Assembly (NCBI GenBank): GCA_043813075.1
Contig: JBDRLL010000036.1
Coordinates: 32,001-96,000, forward strand
Direction: 5' to 3'
DNA length: 64,000 nucleotides
DNA from: Candidatus Altiarchaeota archaeon
Lineage (GTDB): Archaea > Altiarchaeota > Altiarchaeia > IMC4 > SCGC-AAA252-I15
Position numbers and translations under genes: made by a program. The notes beneath the pieces are model-generated. The model saw nothing but the letters and a program-made list of their open reading frames with translations, did not search any database and was not told the DNA's origin. Within the stretch, counting starts at the first letter, position 1; every line of letters starts with the position of its first letter. This document shows, piece after piece, positions 54,038 through 64,000 of the stretch.

Positions 54038-56932
54038 TCAAGCGTCAGCGAGAGGCAGGAATACGGGGGATTCGCCAGCATCAGTTGATTCTAACACCGC
54101 AGGCTCGTCATTAAAGCCGTCGTAGCTTATCTCATAAACCCTCACATATCCCGCGGAAAACTCCTTGATAGGGCGGAAATGCCTTAAAGGCTTTATGTCC
54201 CGCGTGTACAATCCGTGAGCCTTGTACTCCCTCACATAGTGGGTCAGGTAGAGGTTCGTGAGCATGAAGTCGTTGAACTCGTCCGGAACATACACTAGTG
54301 TGTTGAATGTCGGATAGAACCTGCAGTAATACCTAGTCCTCTCGTCCACGTTGGGCGAGGCATATGAGGAGGCGCACATGAGTATGTCCCCCAGAGGCTG
54401 CACGCCGAGTATGGAAGCCTTGCTTGATTCCGCCCAATTGCTCCATGGTATGACGTCGCCGTAGGGCGTTATGACTTCCACTGAATCCAGTTCCCCATCC
54501 CGTATGTTGAATATGAGGGCTGCGATATAATTGCTGCAGCCGAAGAGAAGCCTCTGCTGCTGGTAGACGCCGCCCTTCCCGTCACCGACTATCTGCGGAC
54601 GGAGTATGCTGTTCTCAGGCAGGAACCTGCACTGCCCATAGTTCCGCCAAGCCCACATCGGGTCGGCGGCAGTGTTGGACTCGATGTCCCCGTTGGCTAT
54701 GAAGTGAAGCGCACTGCCCTTGCCGATCATCGTCCAGTCTATGGCAACGTACTTAAGTTCACGTCCAGTCTCACGGTACGCGTCATTATACTCTTCAACC
54801 ATCTTGAACGCCTCCTGCTCGCCGCTCTTGTTCACGAAGAACCTCGCCACATCCTGGATCTCGAAGTAGTCGGCCTGAAGGTTGTCTATCAAGACAGGCC
54901 TCTGAGACACTGCGGTAATCCAGTGGCCGTAGTCCCACCACGTCAGTATGGCCTCGCTCTCGGAGGTCTCGTTGTACGCCCAGTCAAGCATCGGCTGCCA
55001 GTAGTATATGTCGAGGGTGAAGCCCATGTGCATGACTATGTGGCCCACAAAACTGTTGTAGTTCCAATCCCCGAAGAATGGCACGTAAAGCACGGGCACG
55101 ACAAGCAGCATTAGGGTGCCTATTATCCTCCAGTCGTCCAGCTCCTTCTTGTTCACTGCCGCATACAGGCCGATGCTCGCGCCCAGCACGGTGACCGACG
55201 GGCTTGCCGCGAATATCCATGCGGACTTGTTCCATGACCCCCACATCATGGGTATGCTCCACGTCAATAGGAACAACGCGCCGATGCTCCGCCTGCCCAA
55301 AGCCAGGTATGCTAGTGGCACAAGCATGAAAAGGCCGTATAATAAGGCTATCCCGTACTTCCCGTAGCCGCTGTTAAGGAAGTCCACGAAACCGCCGGCC
55401 ATCGGATTCTGCTCTGAAACCGTCTGGTGGACGACACTCTTCAGCTTGGCGCCCATGATGGTAGTGTATATGTTGCCCACAACCTCGATAGGCCCTCCCT
55501 CATGGTACGCCAACAGTACGCCGCCGATTATCACGATGACTGACAGGACCAGTATCCTGTCCTGTATCAGCGAATCCACCCTATCCTCGATACTCTTGGA
55601 GGGCATCTCCTTCTTGCCGTGCATGCGGACACGAACAGCCTCAAGGATTATGGGCAGCCCTATCGCACCGGCTATGGGTATCAAAGCTATGGGAGGCATC
55701 TTCAACATCCCCAGCATCTCCAAGACAGGGAACGTGAGCTGCTCGTGAGTGAAGAGTATCGACAGCTGGCTTATGGCCACCGCTATGAACAAGTAGGGCA
55801 CAACCTTGGTGCAGTTCTCCCTGTGCATGAAGAGTATCAGCGCATAGATTATCCCAAACGCTCCGACAGTGAGGTATGCGTAAGTGTAGGCCCACGTTAG
55901 CTTGAGCATCATGAAGGACAGTCCGGCGAGCACCGCGTACTTGAAGCTCCTCCGGTGGACGGACGCGAAGAACAGGTAGAAGCTGGACAGCATGAGGAAC
56001 ATGCCGAACACGTCGTCCTCGCAGTTGGCGGCAGTCCCGTTTATCGCGAAGCCTGGACTCAGCATGAATATGAAGGCTGCAGTCAAAGCGGCAAGCCTGT
56101 TGTGGGGACGCATATCGGAGAACATCTCCTTCACCAGCAGATACATGGGTATGACAGCGAGGCCGCCCAACACGCCAGGCAATAGCATGGCGATGTCGTA
56201 GAGCGAGAAGCCGAAGGGCTTCATGACGAGGGCCATGACGCCGTACAACGTCGGGTTGAGCATTGGCGTTGAATGCTGTGGCAGACCGTGGGTGACCCCG
56301 CCCTTCGAGGCGATGTACGCCGGGTCGTCACGCTTCTGGAGGCCGCCTATCATCGGATACACTAGGTCGTCGTATTCGGTTATGTGGCCGGAGTAGACGC
56401 CGCGCATCCACTTGTACTGCCAGTAGGAGTCCAGGTTGCCGAGAAGCTCTGATGTTGCAGGCACCACGTGCAGCACTGTGGCGGAGAGGAACAACGCGAG
56501 CACCGCCGCAAGCTCCCAGTCCATGATACGGCGTATAGTCAGGGTTGTGAAGAACAGTATTATCGCGGTGATGAACGAGAAGAACAGGTAGTCCTTGTTG
56601 GCTGGATAATCATACCATCCGACATACCATGAGAACAGCGCTGATATGAAAACGAGCAGGGGGATGACGTAGGCCCAAGACGGCCTGCTTGAATCCCTTA
56701 TCGTGAAGAATAATGACGCGACGAAAAGTGCGGAAAGCATCCAGGGCGCAGTCTCGAAGAATGTTCCCGTTATCCTGACGGCCGTCAAGACCAGCACCAG
56801 CAGGGACACCAGGAACACCGGCTCACGGAACTTTGACGTTATCCTCTCATAGGAGTCTACGGACAGCGTTATGGACTTTTCTTTGGTTGAACTGCTTTTT
56901 CTAGCAGACTTCTTCTTAGAAACCATCTTCAC
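54038..56932 (-). CDS. aglB: Oligosaccharyltransferase AglB (STT3 family)
   Basis: LDSY, EDD, TVSE, WWDYG, DNL, DWTMIGK. Confidence 0.92.
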   Translation of the reverse strand: MKMVSKKKSARKSSSTKEKSITLSVDSYERITSKFREPVFLVSLLVLVLTAVRITGTFFETAPWMLSALFVASLFFTIRDSSRPSWAYVIPLLVFISALFSWYVGWYDYPANKDYLFFSFITAIILFFTTLTIRRIMDWELAAVLALFLSATVLHVVPATSELLGNLDSYWQYKWMRGVYSGHITEYDDLVYPMIGGLQKRDDPAYIASKGGVTHGLPQHSTPMLNPTLYGVMALVMKPFGFSLYDIAMLLPGVLGGLAVIPMYLLVKEMFSDMRPHNRLAALTAAFIFMLSPGFAINGTAANCEDDVFGMFLMLSSFYLFFASVHRRSFKYAVLAGLSFMMLKLTWAYTYAYLTVGAFGIIYALILFMHRENCTKVVPYLFIAVAISQLSILFTHEQLTFPVLEMLGMLKMPPIALIPIAGAIGLPIILEAVRVRMHGKKEMPSKSIEDRVDSLIQDRILVLSVIVIIGGVLLAYHEGGPIEVVGNIYTTIMGAKLKSVVHQTVSEQNPMAGGFVDFLNSGYGKYGIALLYGLFMLVPLAYLALGRRSIGALFLLTWSIPMMWGSWNKSAWIFAASPSVTVLGASIGLYAAVNKKELDDWRIIGTLMLLVVPVLYVPFFGDWNYNSFVGHIVMHMGFTLDIYYWQPMLDWAYNETSESEAILTWWDYGHWITAVSQRPVLIDNLQADYFEIQDVARFFVNKSGEQEAFKMVEEYNDAYRETGRELKYVAIDWTMIGKGSALHFIANGDIESNTAADPMWAWRNYGQCRFLPENSILRPQIVGDGKGGVYQQQRLLFGCSNYIAALIFNIRDGELDSVEVITPYGDVIPWSNWAESSKASILGVQPLGDILMCASSYASPNVDERTRYYCRFYPTFNTLVYVPDEFNDFMLTNLYLTHYVREYKAHGLYTRDIKPLRHFRPIKEFSAGYVRVYEISYDGFNDEPAVLESTDAGESPVFLPLADA

Positions 56933-57618
56933 TTGCCGTACCTACGCTCCTTAGTCCTGAAGTCAGAAACTATATCGTTTAAATCCTCCTCCGTGAACTC
57001 CTGCCATAGTTTCTCGACGAAGTATATCTCGCTGTAGGCAGACTGCCATAGGAGGAAGTTGCTTATGCGGTCCTCAGCAGTCCTTATGAGAATGTCGGGA
57101 TAATCCTTCACCCAGAGGTTATCCTTTATGCTGTCCTCAGTCAGCTCCATGCCAGACTCAACCACTTTTTTCGCGGCCTCCAGTATCTCCTGCCTTCCGC
57201 CGTATGCTATGGCAAGGTTGAGCTTAAGACGGTCATAGCCTTTAGTGGATTCCTCCAGCCGCTGAAGGTTTTCGAACACCTCCTTGGCGAGTTCAGGCCT
57301 CACGCCATTGTTGAGGAGCTGCTGCTTGTCGCCGCATATGTTTATCCTCACCTTGTTGTCGTGTATCCTGGGCTCCTTCATGCCGTCGAGCGCGTGGCTG
57401 TTGAAGACGCTGAACAGGGTCTCTATCTCGTCCTCACCCCGGTTGCTGATGTTCTCCAGCGAGAGGGCGTAGAGGGTCAGCTCGTCGACCTCGAGCTTGG
57501 AGCACCATTCAACAAAATCGTAGAACTTGCGTATACCCTGGTCGTAAGAGTCAAGAAGGTTAATGTTCTTCTTGGCCATATACCTCCTGTTACCATCAGG
57601 TATGAGCGCTATATGCAT
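56929..57618 (-). CDS. uppS: cis-prenyltransferase (undecaprenyl diphosphate synthase)
   Basis: HIALIPDGNRR, YGGRQEI, RISNFLLWQSAYSE, RRYG. Confidence 0.95.
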   Translation of the reverse strand: MHIALIPDGNRRYMAKKNINLLDSYDQGIRKFYDFVEWCSKLEVDELTLYALSLENISNRGEDEIETLFSVFNSHALDGMKEPRIHDNKVRINICGDKQQLLNNGVRPELAKEVFENLQRLEESTKGYDRLKLNLAIAYGGRQEILEAAKKVVESGMELTEDSIKDNLWVKDYPDILIRTAEDRISNFLLWQSAYSEIYFVEKLWQEFTEEDLNDIVSDFRTKERRYGK

Positions 57619-57657
57619 CGTAGATGATATCCTTGTATTAACGTGTAATTAATTGAT

Positions 57658-58155
57658 TTGGTCTTTAAATTATTAACTAACATGAATCCGGGCATAATGT
57701 TGGATGCGTCAGCCATCATACGGTCGAACCTGGACTTCTCCGAGGGAGGGTACTACATAACCCATGGGGTGATGTCTGAGATAAACGACCCAAGGGCTAG
57801 AGACGCAATTGACTATGGAATTAGAAGTTCTAACATAAAAATGCTTGAAACCGGCGGAAAACACCTTGAAAAGGCCCGTAAAGCAGCTAGAAAAACAGGC
57901 GACGACAGGGTTTTGAGCGAAACGGACTTGGAAGTCATCGCCGCCGCGCTGGAGCACGGGCTAAACGTGGCTTCAGACGACTACGCCATACAGAACACGT
58001 GCAGGACCCTGGGGATAGGATACGTTACCACACTACACGACGGGATAAGAGAGCATGTGAGGTGGCGATACGTGTGCGGGGGGTGCGGGAAGAGCATGGA
58101 GGGCCCCGGCGTTTGCAGCGTATGCGGCTCGGAAGCCAGGAGGAGGAGGGCCTAG
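57658..58155 (+). CDS. nob1: Nob1-like PIN + Zn-ribbon endoribonuclease
   Basis: LDASA, LSETD, SDDYAIQN, CxxC...CxxC; start likely at ATG about 57682. Confidence 0.9.
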   Translation: MVFKLLTNMNPGIMLDASAIIRSNLDFSEGGYYITHGVMSEINDPRARDAIDYGIRSSNIKMLETGGKHLEKARKAARKTGDDRVLSETDLEVIAAALEHGLNVASDDYAIQNTCRTLGIGYVTTLHDGIREHVRWRYVCGGCGKSMEGPGVCSVCGSEARRRRA

Positions 58156-58185
58156 TTTTTTAGCGTTCCCGATTATTCTTTACTT

Positions 58186-60030
58186 GTGAAAAAGCCATCC
58201 GTCTCCGACGAGAGGATAGTGACATCAATCTTCATTTTCACCGCGCTAGTGTTCTACGCGACTTCTGCGGGGATGAACGACAGCAACTCTGGAAGCCATT
58301 ACGCGCTCACCAAGGCCATCGCGGAGGACCAGTCCTACATAATAGACGAGTACGTCGGATACACTGGGACGATAGACGCGGCGAAGGTGGGTGAGACATG
58401 GTACTCTGACCGCCCGCCAGGCAACGCGTTCATTGCATCATTATTCTACCTGTCCGGGAAGGTGTCGTCAGCGATAGTCAGTATGCCGCGCTTCGACATG
58501 AGCTGGGACGCCGGCAACCCGGGCGCGTTCACCGTGATACTCCTGCCGGTGATCTCCGCGTCAGCGTCAGTCGCACTGCTCTACCTCATTGTCCGACGGC
58601 TCGGCGGCAGCGTCCATGCGGGAGCCATAACCGCGCTGACGCTCGCATTCTGCACGATAACATGGGAGTACGCCCAACTGCTCCACTCGCACGCGCTATC
58701 CCAAGCCCTCATGATGGCGGCAGCATATCTCGCGCTGACCATACGGGACTCGAGGAAGGATGAGGGAAAGTTCATGGCACTATGCCTTATCACAGGATAC
58801 GCGGCGATCGTGGAATACCCCAACATACTCTTGACCATCCCGCTCGCATGGTACCTCAAGACGACAGGCAAGATAAAGACAGGGAAGAAGAGGCTGTCAG
58901 ACCCCATCCTCCAGAAGGCTGCGGTAATATTCGCCGCGCCACTGATAATACTCGCAGCATACAATACGGCAAACTTCGGAAGCCCGGTGAAGACAGGCTA
59001 CTCATACAACTACCACTTCGGCTGGGCGAGGAGCATGACAGACACCTTCAGCAACCCCATGTGGGAGGGCCTGATGGGACTGCTGGTGGACTCTGACAGG
59101 ATACAGGGAGGCCTGCTGAAGACCGCGCCCATAGTCCTGCTGGCGCTCGCATGCTGGCCCCAATTCCACTCCAAGAAACGCGGGGAGGCTGTCCTGCTGG
59201 GCTCCATGTTCCTGATTCACCTGCTCTTCTACGCCAAGCACCAGACGTACTGGGGCGGGGGGGCTGAGAACACGAGATACCTGCTGACCGTCACCCCATT
59301 CATACTCCTGCCGGCATACATCTGGCTCGACAAGTATTCGCTAGGCTTCATGGAGAACAAGACAAGGATTATCGGGGCGTTAGCCTACGCAATCCTAGCG
59401 TACTATTCAGCATCCTACGTGGTGTGGGACATAATGCACTACCCAGGCCACGAGCCATTCGAGACGGTGCCATTGATGTCTCCAGGAGACGTCGCGTACA
59501 ACATCAGGGTGGTGTTCAGGAACATGTGGAACCTCCCGTTCATGCTCGGACTGATGGGCCTCTCTTACTCTGCCGTATCCCTCAGGATTAACAGGCCCCT
59601 TGGATTCCGGAGGATGGAGCGCGGACACAGGGACAAACTGGTTGCCTTGGCAGTGGCGTCGCTGCTGCTTCTAGCCTTCAGGCCGGACCTTTCCGGAGGG
59701 AAATCGTTCATACGCTGGGAGGCTAGGATGGGGGGAGGAGAATGGAGCAGGGTGGATATGCCAGTGGAAGTCCAGGGTCCGGGAGTCATGGAAGTCAGGG
59801 CTTCAGTGCAAATCCCGAAGGGCGGGAGCCTGTCGGGCACAATCACCGCCGTGGAGTGCGTTGAGAACGTGAACGTGAACAACATCGTGAAGCTGGCTGC
59901 GGAATGCGGCGGCTGCGAACACTGCAACGGATTCAATTACGACCTGACGAAGGTGGTGACGCCAGGGCTGAACAGCATCCTCTTCAGGGTGAAGAGCAAC
60001 AGGAGTGTCGTATCATTCAGGCTCGAGTGA
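58186..60030 (+). CDS. GT-C-like multi-pass membrane protein with C-terminal beta domain
   Basis: WYSDRPPG, EY, YN...FGSP, WGG...RYL. Confidence 0.65.
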   Translation: MKKPSVSDERIVTSIFIFTALVFYATSAGMNDSNSGSHYALTKAIAEDQSYIIDEYVGYTGTIDAAKVGETWYSDRPPGNAFIASLFYLSGKVSSAIVSMPRFDMSWDAGNPGAFTVILLPVISASASVALLYLIVRRLGGSVHAGAITALTLAFCTITWEYAQLLHSHALSQALMMAAAYLALTIRDSRKDEGKFMALCLITGYAAIVEYPNILLTIPLAWYLKTTGKIKTGKKRLSDPILQKAAVIFAAPLIILAAYNTANFGSPVKTGYSYNYHFGWARSMTDTFSNPMWEGLMGLLVDSDRIQGGLLKTAPIVLLALACWPQFHSKKRGEAVLLGSMFLIHLLFYAKHQTYWGGGAENTRYLLTVTPFILLPAYIWLDKYSLGFMENKTRIIGALAYAILAYYSASYVVWDIMHYPGHEPFETVPLMSPGDVAYNIRVVFRNMWNLPFMLGLMGLSYSAVSLRINRPLGFRRMERGHRDKLVALAVASLLLLAFRPDLSGGKSFIRWEARMGGGEWSRVDMPVEVQGPGVMEVRASVQIPKGGSLSGTITAVECVENVNVNNIVKLAAECGGCEHCNGFNYDLTKVVTPGLNSILFRVKSNRSVVSFRLE

Positions 60031-61168
60031 CGTCGGCCTTGCCCTTGAGCATCAGATAGACTGCGGCATACTCTGGAGGGGAAACCCTCTCGCCATCAGC
60101 ATAGGGGCCGAAGACCTTGCCCATCATCTCGAACTCCCCCACATCCGCACGCGCTATCACCGGGACCTCTGATTCCCCGAAGACCACCGCATCGACGAGC
60201 GGGTTGAACGAGTCGACGTCACCCACTACAGCAGCCTTCAGTCCGGTGGACCCGTGGAGGGTGTCGGGTATGCGGATGAGGCGTGTGGTGTCGAACGTCA
60301 CCATCCTGTCGGCATCCTCTATGTCCTTGACTGAGAACTCCTCGACAACCCTCTTCTTCAGGCTGGACTTCACGCCGAACACCGCATCCCACTTCCCGTT
60401 CTCCAGGAACTCCAGATTAGCGTCCCTGTTCTTCACTATCTTGGACGCGGCCTGGGGGCTGAGCCCGTAGTTCTTCCTCAGCACATCCTTGTCAGACTCC
60501 AGGAGAGACTTTGTTGTAGAGTATATCCTGGCCGGCCAGCCCTTCCCGCCCCTGCCCGGACCTATCCAGGAGCCGCCGGATAGCTTGGGCTTGCCCCGCC
60601 TGTAGGTTATGCCTGCAGGAGACTCAGCCTCCCGTATGAAGCAGTCCAGGTCAAGGCCTGTGCCGGTAACGTAATCTATTATCTCCCTGCGCTCGTCGCT
60701 CCCCAGGGTCCTGAGCCCGTCGTTGAACACGTGTATGTGGTAGCCTTTGCTGCCAGAGAAGTTCAGCCTAACCTCATCCTCGCTTATGCCAAAGTCGCCG
60801 GTCAGGAATCCGATCAGGCTGACCGCCTCCCTCTTAACAGCCTCCAGGTCACTGTTGTTGAGCCATTGTATCTCCCGGTCCAGGTCGAAAACCAGGTCCG
60901 CGCCAGTCCAGTTCTTCGCGGTCATCGGCTGGTTCTCAGGATACTCGTAGTAGGCTATCGAATAGCTGATGTAGTAGGGGGCTTCCGTCTTCAGATACTG
61001 CCTGAACTCCTTCTCGGTCTTGAAGCTCTTGTGCCTGAACTTTATCTTGTCCTCCAGGGTGCCGACGCCAACCTCACGCTTGCGGATATCTCTCGGGGCT
61101 GGCACATCGTTCCGCCAGTAGTATTCCTTGAACTTCTTCTTCAGGTATATCTTCGTGTCAGTCTCCAT
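60017..61168 (-). CDS. priS: DNA primase small (catalytic) subunit
   Basis: DLVFDLD, FSGSKGYH, D...RLIRIPDTLHG. Confidence 0.95.
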   Translation of the reverse strand: METDTKIYLKKKFKEYYWRNDVPAPRDIRKREVGVGTLEDKIKFRHKSFKTEKEFRQYLKTEAPYYISYSIAYYEYPENQPMTAKNWTGADLVFDLDREIQWLNNSDLEAVKREAVSLIGFLTGDFGISEDEVRLNFSGSKGYHIHVFNDGLRTLGSDERREIIDYVTGTGLDLDCFIREAESPAGITYRRGKPKLSGGSWIGPGRGGKGWPARIYSTTKSLLESDKDVLRKNYGLSPQAASKIVKNRDANLEFLENGKWDAVFGVKSSLKKRVVEEFSVKDIEDADRMVTFDTTRLIRIPDTLHGSTGLKAAVVGDVDSFNPLVDAVVFGESEVPVIARADVGEFEMMGKVFGPYADGERVSPPEYAAVYLMLKGKADVTRA

Positions 61169-61212
61169 CGCAGTGTATTATATATTCATTAGTAAAGTAA
61201 TAGCAGTGTAGG

Positions 61213-61893
61213 ATGAAGCCTGACGAAGTCCTCCGAAAGCTTAGGTCTCACGCGAACCCTGTGAACGTGGAGGGCATGGCCCGCTTTGGCATAAACCCGG
61301 AAAACACTCTGGGAGTCCCCATCCCTGCGCTCAGGAGGATGGCGAAAGAGATTGGGAAGGACCATGGCCTCGCCCAGAGCATTTGGACTTCAGGCATCCA
61401 CGAGGCGAGGATACTCGCGGGAATGATAGAGGACCCTGGGAAGGTGACTGAACGGCAGATGGAATCCTGGGTGAGTGACTTCGACTCATGGGACGTGTGC
61501 GACCAATGCTGCATGAACCTGTTCGACAAGACAGTCTACGCGCACGGTAAGGCCGCTGAATGGAGTGCGAGACGGGAGGAGTTCGTCAAGCGCGCCGGTT
61601 TCGCGCTCATGGCGTCGCTCGCAGTCCACGACAAGAAGGCTTCAGACAAGGATTTCGAGAAGTTCCTTCCCATAATCAAGCGCGAGTCTGGTGACGAGAG
61701 GAACTTCGTCAAGAAGGCGGTTAACTGGGCGCTACGCCAGATAGGGAAGAGGAACGCCTCCCTGAACAGGAAGGCAGTCAAGACTGCGGGGGAGATAGGC
61801 GGGATGGACTCCAAGTCCGCAAGGTGGATCGCGTCCGACGCGCTCCGTGAACTCACTGACGACAAGGTACTGGAGAGGCTGAGAAAGAGATGA
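61213..61893 (+). CDS. DNA alkylation repair protein (AlkD family)
   Basis: DSWDVCD, RAGF, VKKAVNWALRQIGK. Confidence 0.9.
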   Translation: MKPDEVLRKLRSHANPVNVEGMARFGINPENTLGVPIPALRRMAKEIGKDHGLAQSIWTSGIHEARILAGMIEDPGKVTERQMESWVSDFDSWDVCDQCCMNLFDKTVYAHGKAAEWSARREEFVKRAGFALMASLAVHDKKASDKDFEKFLPIIKRESGDERNFVKKAVNWALRQIGKRNASLNRKAVKTAGEIGGMDSKSARWIASDALRELTDDKVLERLRKR

Positions 61894-62759
61894 AGGAGAA
61901 GGTAAAGCTGATAGTGGTCATACCGGTGGGCCCTGGAGAGAGGATGGAGAACGTCCTGGACACGGTCGAGAGCGTAGCCCACTACATGACTGAAGACAGG
62001 AGGATACTCATCCTGGACGACAGCGGCAGGGGGGCTGGAAAGGGCGTGAAAGCAGGGTTCCCTGATGTGGAGGTGCTGGAGCAGCCGGGCGGACAGGGGG
62101 CCGAGGGTGGTTTATACATGTCCATCTCAAACGCCCTGAAGCACGCTTACGAGAACTATGACTTCAGGGTAGTCCTCAAACTGGATTCCGACGGCCTTGT
62201 GATAGGCGGCGGCGCTGAAGACGAGGCTGTGGAATACTTCGAGAGGAACAGGGATGTCGGGGTCATAGGATCTTACAGGGTCTCGTGCACTGGCGAAAAG
62301 AGAGACTTCATTGGAGTGAAAAAGGCGTTTGTGAGGGAGATGAGGCTATGGCGGATGCTGATATCGCCAGGCAGGTGCAGTGCATACCGGAAGATAGTCC
62401 CCGAGATCATGGGGAAGGGCTATGAGCTGGGAGAGCACTGTCAGGGCGGCGCATACTTCATGAGCCAGGACTGCGTTAAGAGACTCGTCGAGTCAGGGCT
62501 CCTGGGTAAAAAAGAGTTCAACAGCGACAGGATACCTGAAGACTCCATCATAGCCATGCTAGTATGGAAGGTGGGCTTAAGGCTGGGCGACTTCGCCACC
62601 GGAGACCTTCCCATGGGGATAGCGTGGAGCGGCCTGCCCTGCTCCCCAGAGGAACTATTGTCGAGGGGGAAAAAGATAACACATTCAGTCAGGTCTTGGG
62701 GAAGCATGAGCGAGGGGGAGATCAGGGGATTCTTCAGTGAGAGGCGGAACAGAGTTTAG
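61890..62759 (+). CDS. GT2/GT-A fold glycosyltransferase-like protein
   Basis: VVIPVG, ILDD, KLDSD, QGGAY, PED. Confidence 0.7.
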   Translation: MKEKVKLIVVIPVGPGERMENVLDTVESVAHYMTEDRRILILDDSGRGAGKGVKAGFPDVEVLEQPGGQGAEGGLYMSISNALKHAYENYDFRVVLKLDSDGLVIGGGAEDEAVEYFERNRDVGVIGSYRVSCTGEKRDFIGVKKAFVREMRLWRMLISPGRCSAYRKIVPEIMGKGYELGEHCQGGAYFMSQDCVKRLVESGLLGKKEFNSDRIPEDSIIAMLVWKVGLRLGDFATGDLPMGIAWSGLPCSPEELLSRGKKITHSVRSWGSMSEGEIRGFFSERRNRV

Positions 62760-62807
62760 TTTAAACGAGCTTAGGGCCTGAACGTATCTATGCTCGCGGA
62801 AGAATCG

Positions 62808-63056
62808 TTATTCCTTCAGGCCTTCCAGTATGCGTAGCGTCTTGAGGACGTCTGCACCGACGCCGCTGCTCATTATCTTCACGTAGGTCTCGTCAACCCC
62901 GTCCTTCTTGGACTGGTCCCTTATCTTACTAAGGTTGTAGGAGACTGCAGCCTGCGTCGTGCCCAGCTCTTCAGCTATTTCCTTTTGCGTGTATCCCAGC
63001 CCTCTCAGTTCCACGAGCTTTGACTTCTGCCAGTCAGACAACATCTTATGCCTCAA
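62808..63056 (-). CDS. Small helix-turn-helix protein
   Basis: GYTQKEIAEELGTTQAAVSYNL; divergent from gatE across an AT-rich spacer. Confidence 0.75.
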   Translation of the reverse strand: MRHKMLSDWQKSKLVELRGLGYTQKEIAEELGTTQAAVSYNLSKIRDQSKKDGVDETYVKIMSSGVGADVLKTLRILEGLKE

Positions 63057-63208
63057 TACAATATATATTAATTATAGTAATGAATTTGTTTATATAATAT
63101 AAAAATGTTTTGTAAAATAAAAATCGGGTGTTTTGAGGGTGTAAAAAGCCTGAAAAACAATGTTAAACACTTAAACTATTAAGAAAAATAGTTGTTGTCA
63201 GATGCATC

Positions 63209-64000
63209 ATGGATATTGACTATGATAAACTCGGCTTCAAGTGCGGGATAGAGATACACCAGCAGTTGGACACGCACAAGCTTTTCTGCGAATGCCCTTC
63301 CATCATACGGGAGGACACTCCAGACCTGACTGTGGAAAGGAGGATGAGGGCGGTGGCGGGAGAGCTCGGCAACTTCGACCCCGCGGCACTCCACGAATTC
63401 CTCAGGAACAGGACGCTTGAATACCAGGCTTACGAGGACACGAACTGCCTCGTGGAACTGGACGAGGAGCCGCCGCACCCTGTGAACGGCGAGGCCTTGG
63501 ACACCGCAATCCAGGTGTCCCTGCTGCTTAAGGCAGACATCGTGGACGAGGTGAACGTGATGCGGAAGACGGTGATAGACGGCAGCAACACGTCAGGATT
63601 CCAGAGGACCATGCTGGTGGCGATGAACGGCAGGCTGGATACGAGCGAGGGGGAAGTGGGGATACCGACCGTCTGCCTGGAGGAGGATGCTGCGAGGATA
63701 ATAGACACGAAAGGGGGGAGAGTCGTCTACAGGCTTGACAGGCTCGGCATACCGCTCGTTGAGATCGCCACCGACCCGGACATAAAGAACCCCAGGCACG
63801 CGAGAGAAGTCGCAGAGAAGATAGGCTCCATACTCAGGGCGTGCAAGGTGAAGCGTGGCCTAGGCACGATAAGGCAGGACATAAACGTGAGCATAACAGG
63901 GGGAGAGCGGATTGAAGTGAAGGGCGTGCAGGACCTGAAGCTGATAAGCAAGGTGGTTGAAGGCGAAGTCGCGAGACAGCTCATGCTCATGGAAGTCAAG
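63209..64000 (+). CDS. gatE: Glu-tRNA(Gln) amidotransferase subunit E; runs off the right edge
   Basis: Read manually: MDIDYDKLGFKCGIEIHQQLDTHKLFC...DEEPPH...IDGSNTSGFQRT...LEED...RLDRLGIPL...RGLGTIRQD. Confidence 0.95.
   Translation, partial: MDIDYDKLGFKCGIEIHQQLDTHKLFCECPSIIREDTPDLTVERRMRAVAGELGNFDPAALHEFLRNRTLEYQAYEDTNCLVELDEEPPHPVNGEALDTAIQVSLLLKADIVDEVNVMRKTVIDGSNTSGFQRTMLVAMNGRLDTSEGEVGIPTVCLEEDAARIIDTKGGRVVYRLDRLGIPLVEIATDPDIKNPRHAREVAEKIGSILRACKVKRGLGTIRQDINVSITGGERIEVKGVQDLKLISKVVEGEVARQLMLMEVK

Overview
This is a gene-dense archaeal chromosomal window. Archaeal markers include aCPSF1, psmB, PriS, Nob1, GatE, AglB, an AK6/Fap7-type kinase, a three-gene split glutamate synthase and archaeal RibC/RibB. 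The many Thr- and Cys-rich surface proteins suggest a DPANN/Altiarchaeota-like lineage, which is inference only. I found no rRNA, tRNA, CRISPR array, transposase or integrase. Metabolic loci are glutamate synthase, Na/Pi transporter plus PhoU, Nramp plus an MgtE-like cytosolic protein, argG-argH-argG, and a hybrid bacterial/archaeal riboflavin operon. The window also holds an unusually rich surface-glycan toolkit: about six GT-C-like proteins, AglB, GT2s, sulfatase/AP-fold proteins, an arylsulfotransferase, an SGNH hydrolase and a B12 radical SAM enzyme. The most notable observations are: (1) a eukaryote-type protein arginine methyltransferase (double-E loop and THW loop) in an operon with pyrR and an ACT regulator, divergent from an arginine operon carrying a second, active-site-altered ArgG; (2) four tandem VirB2/TrbC-like pilins, three with Cys near both ends, next to aglB; (3) a textbook C/D-box sRNA at 41424-41484 and a candidate RbkR operator upstream of ribB; (4) two tandem orphan paralogs separated only by an in-frame TGA; (5) a large secreted protein with a clan-CD protease-like dyad, TSP3 repeats and a PWW C-terminal domain. 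Two edge-truncated genes (the SGNH hydrolase and gatE) are missing from the ORF track and were read manually.
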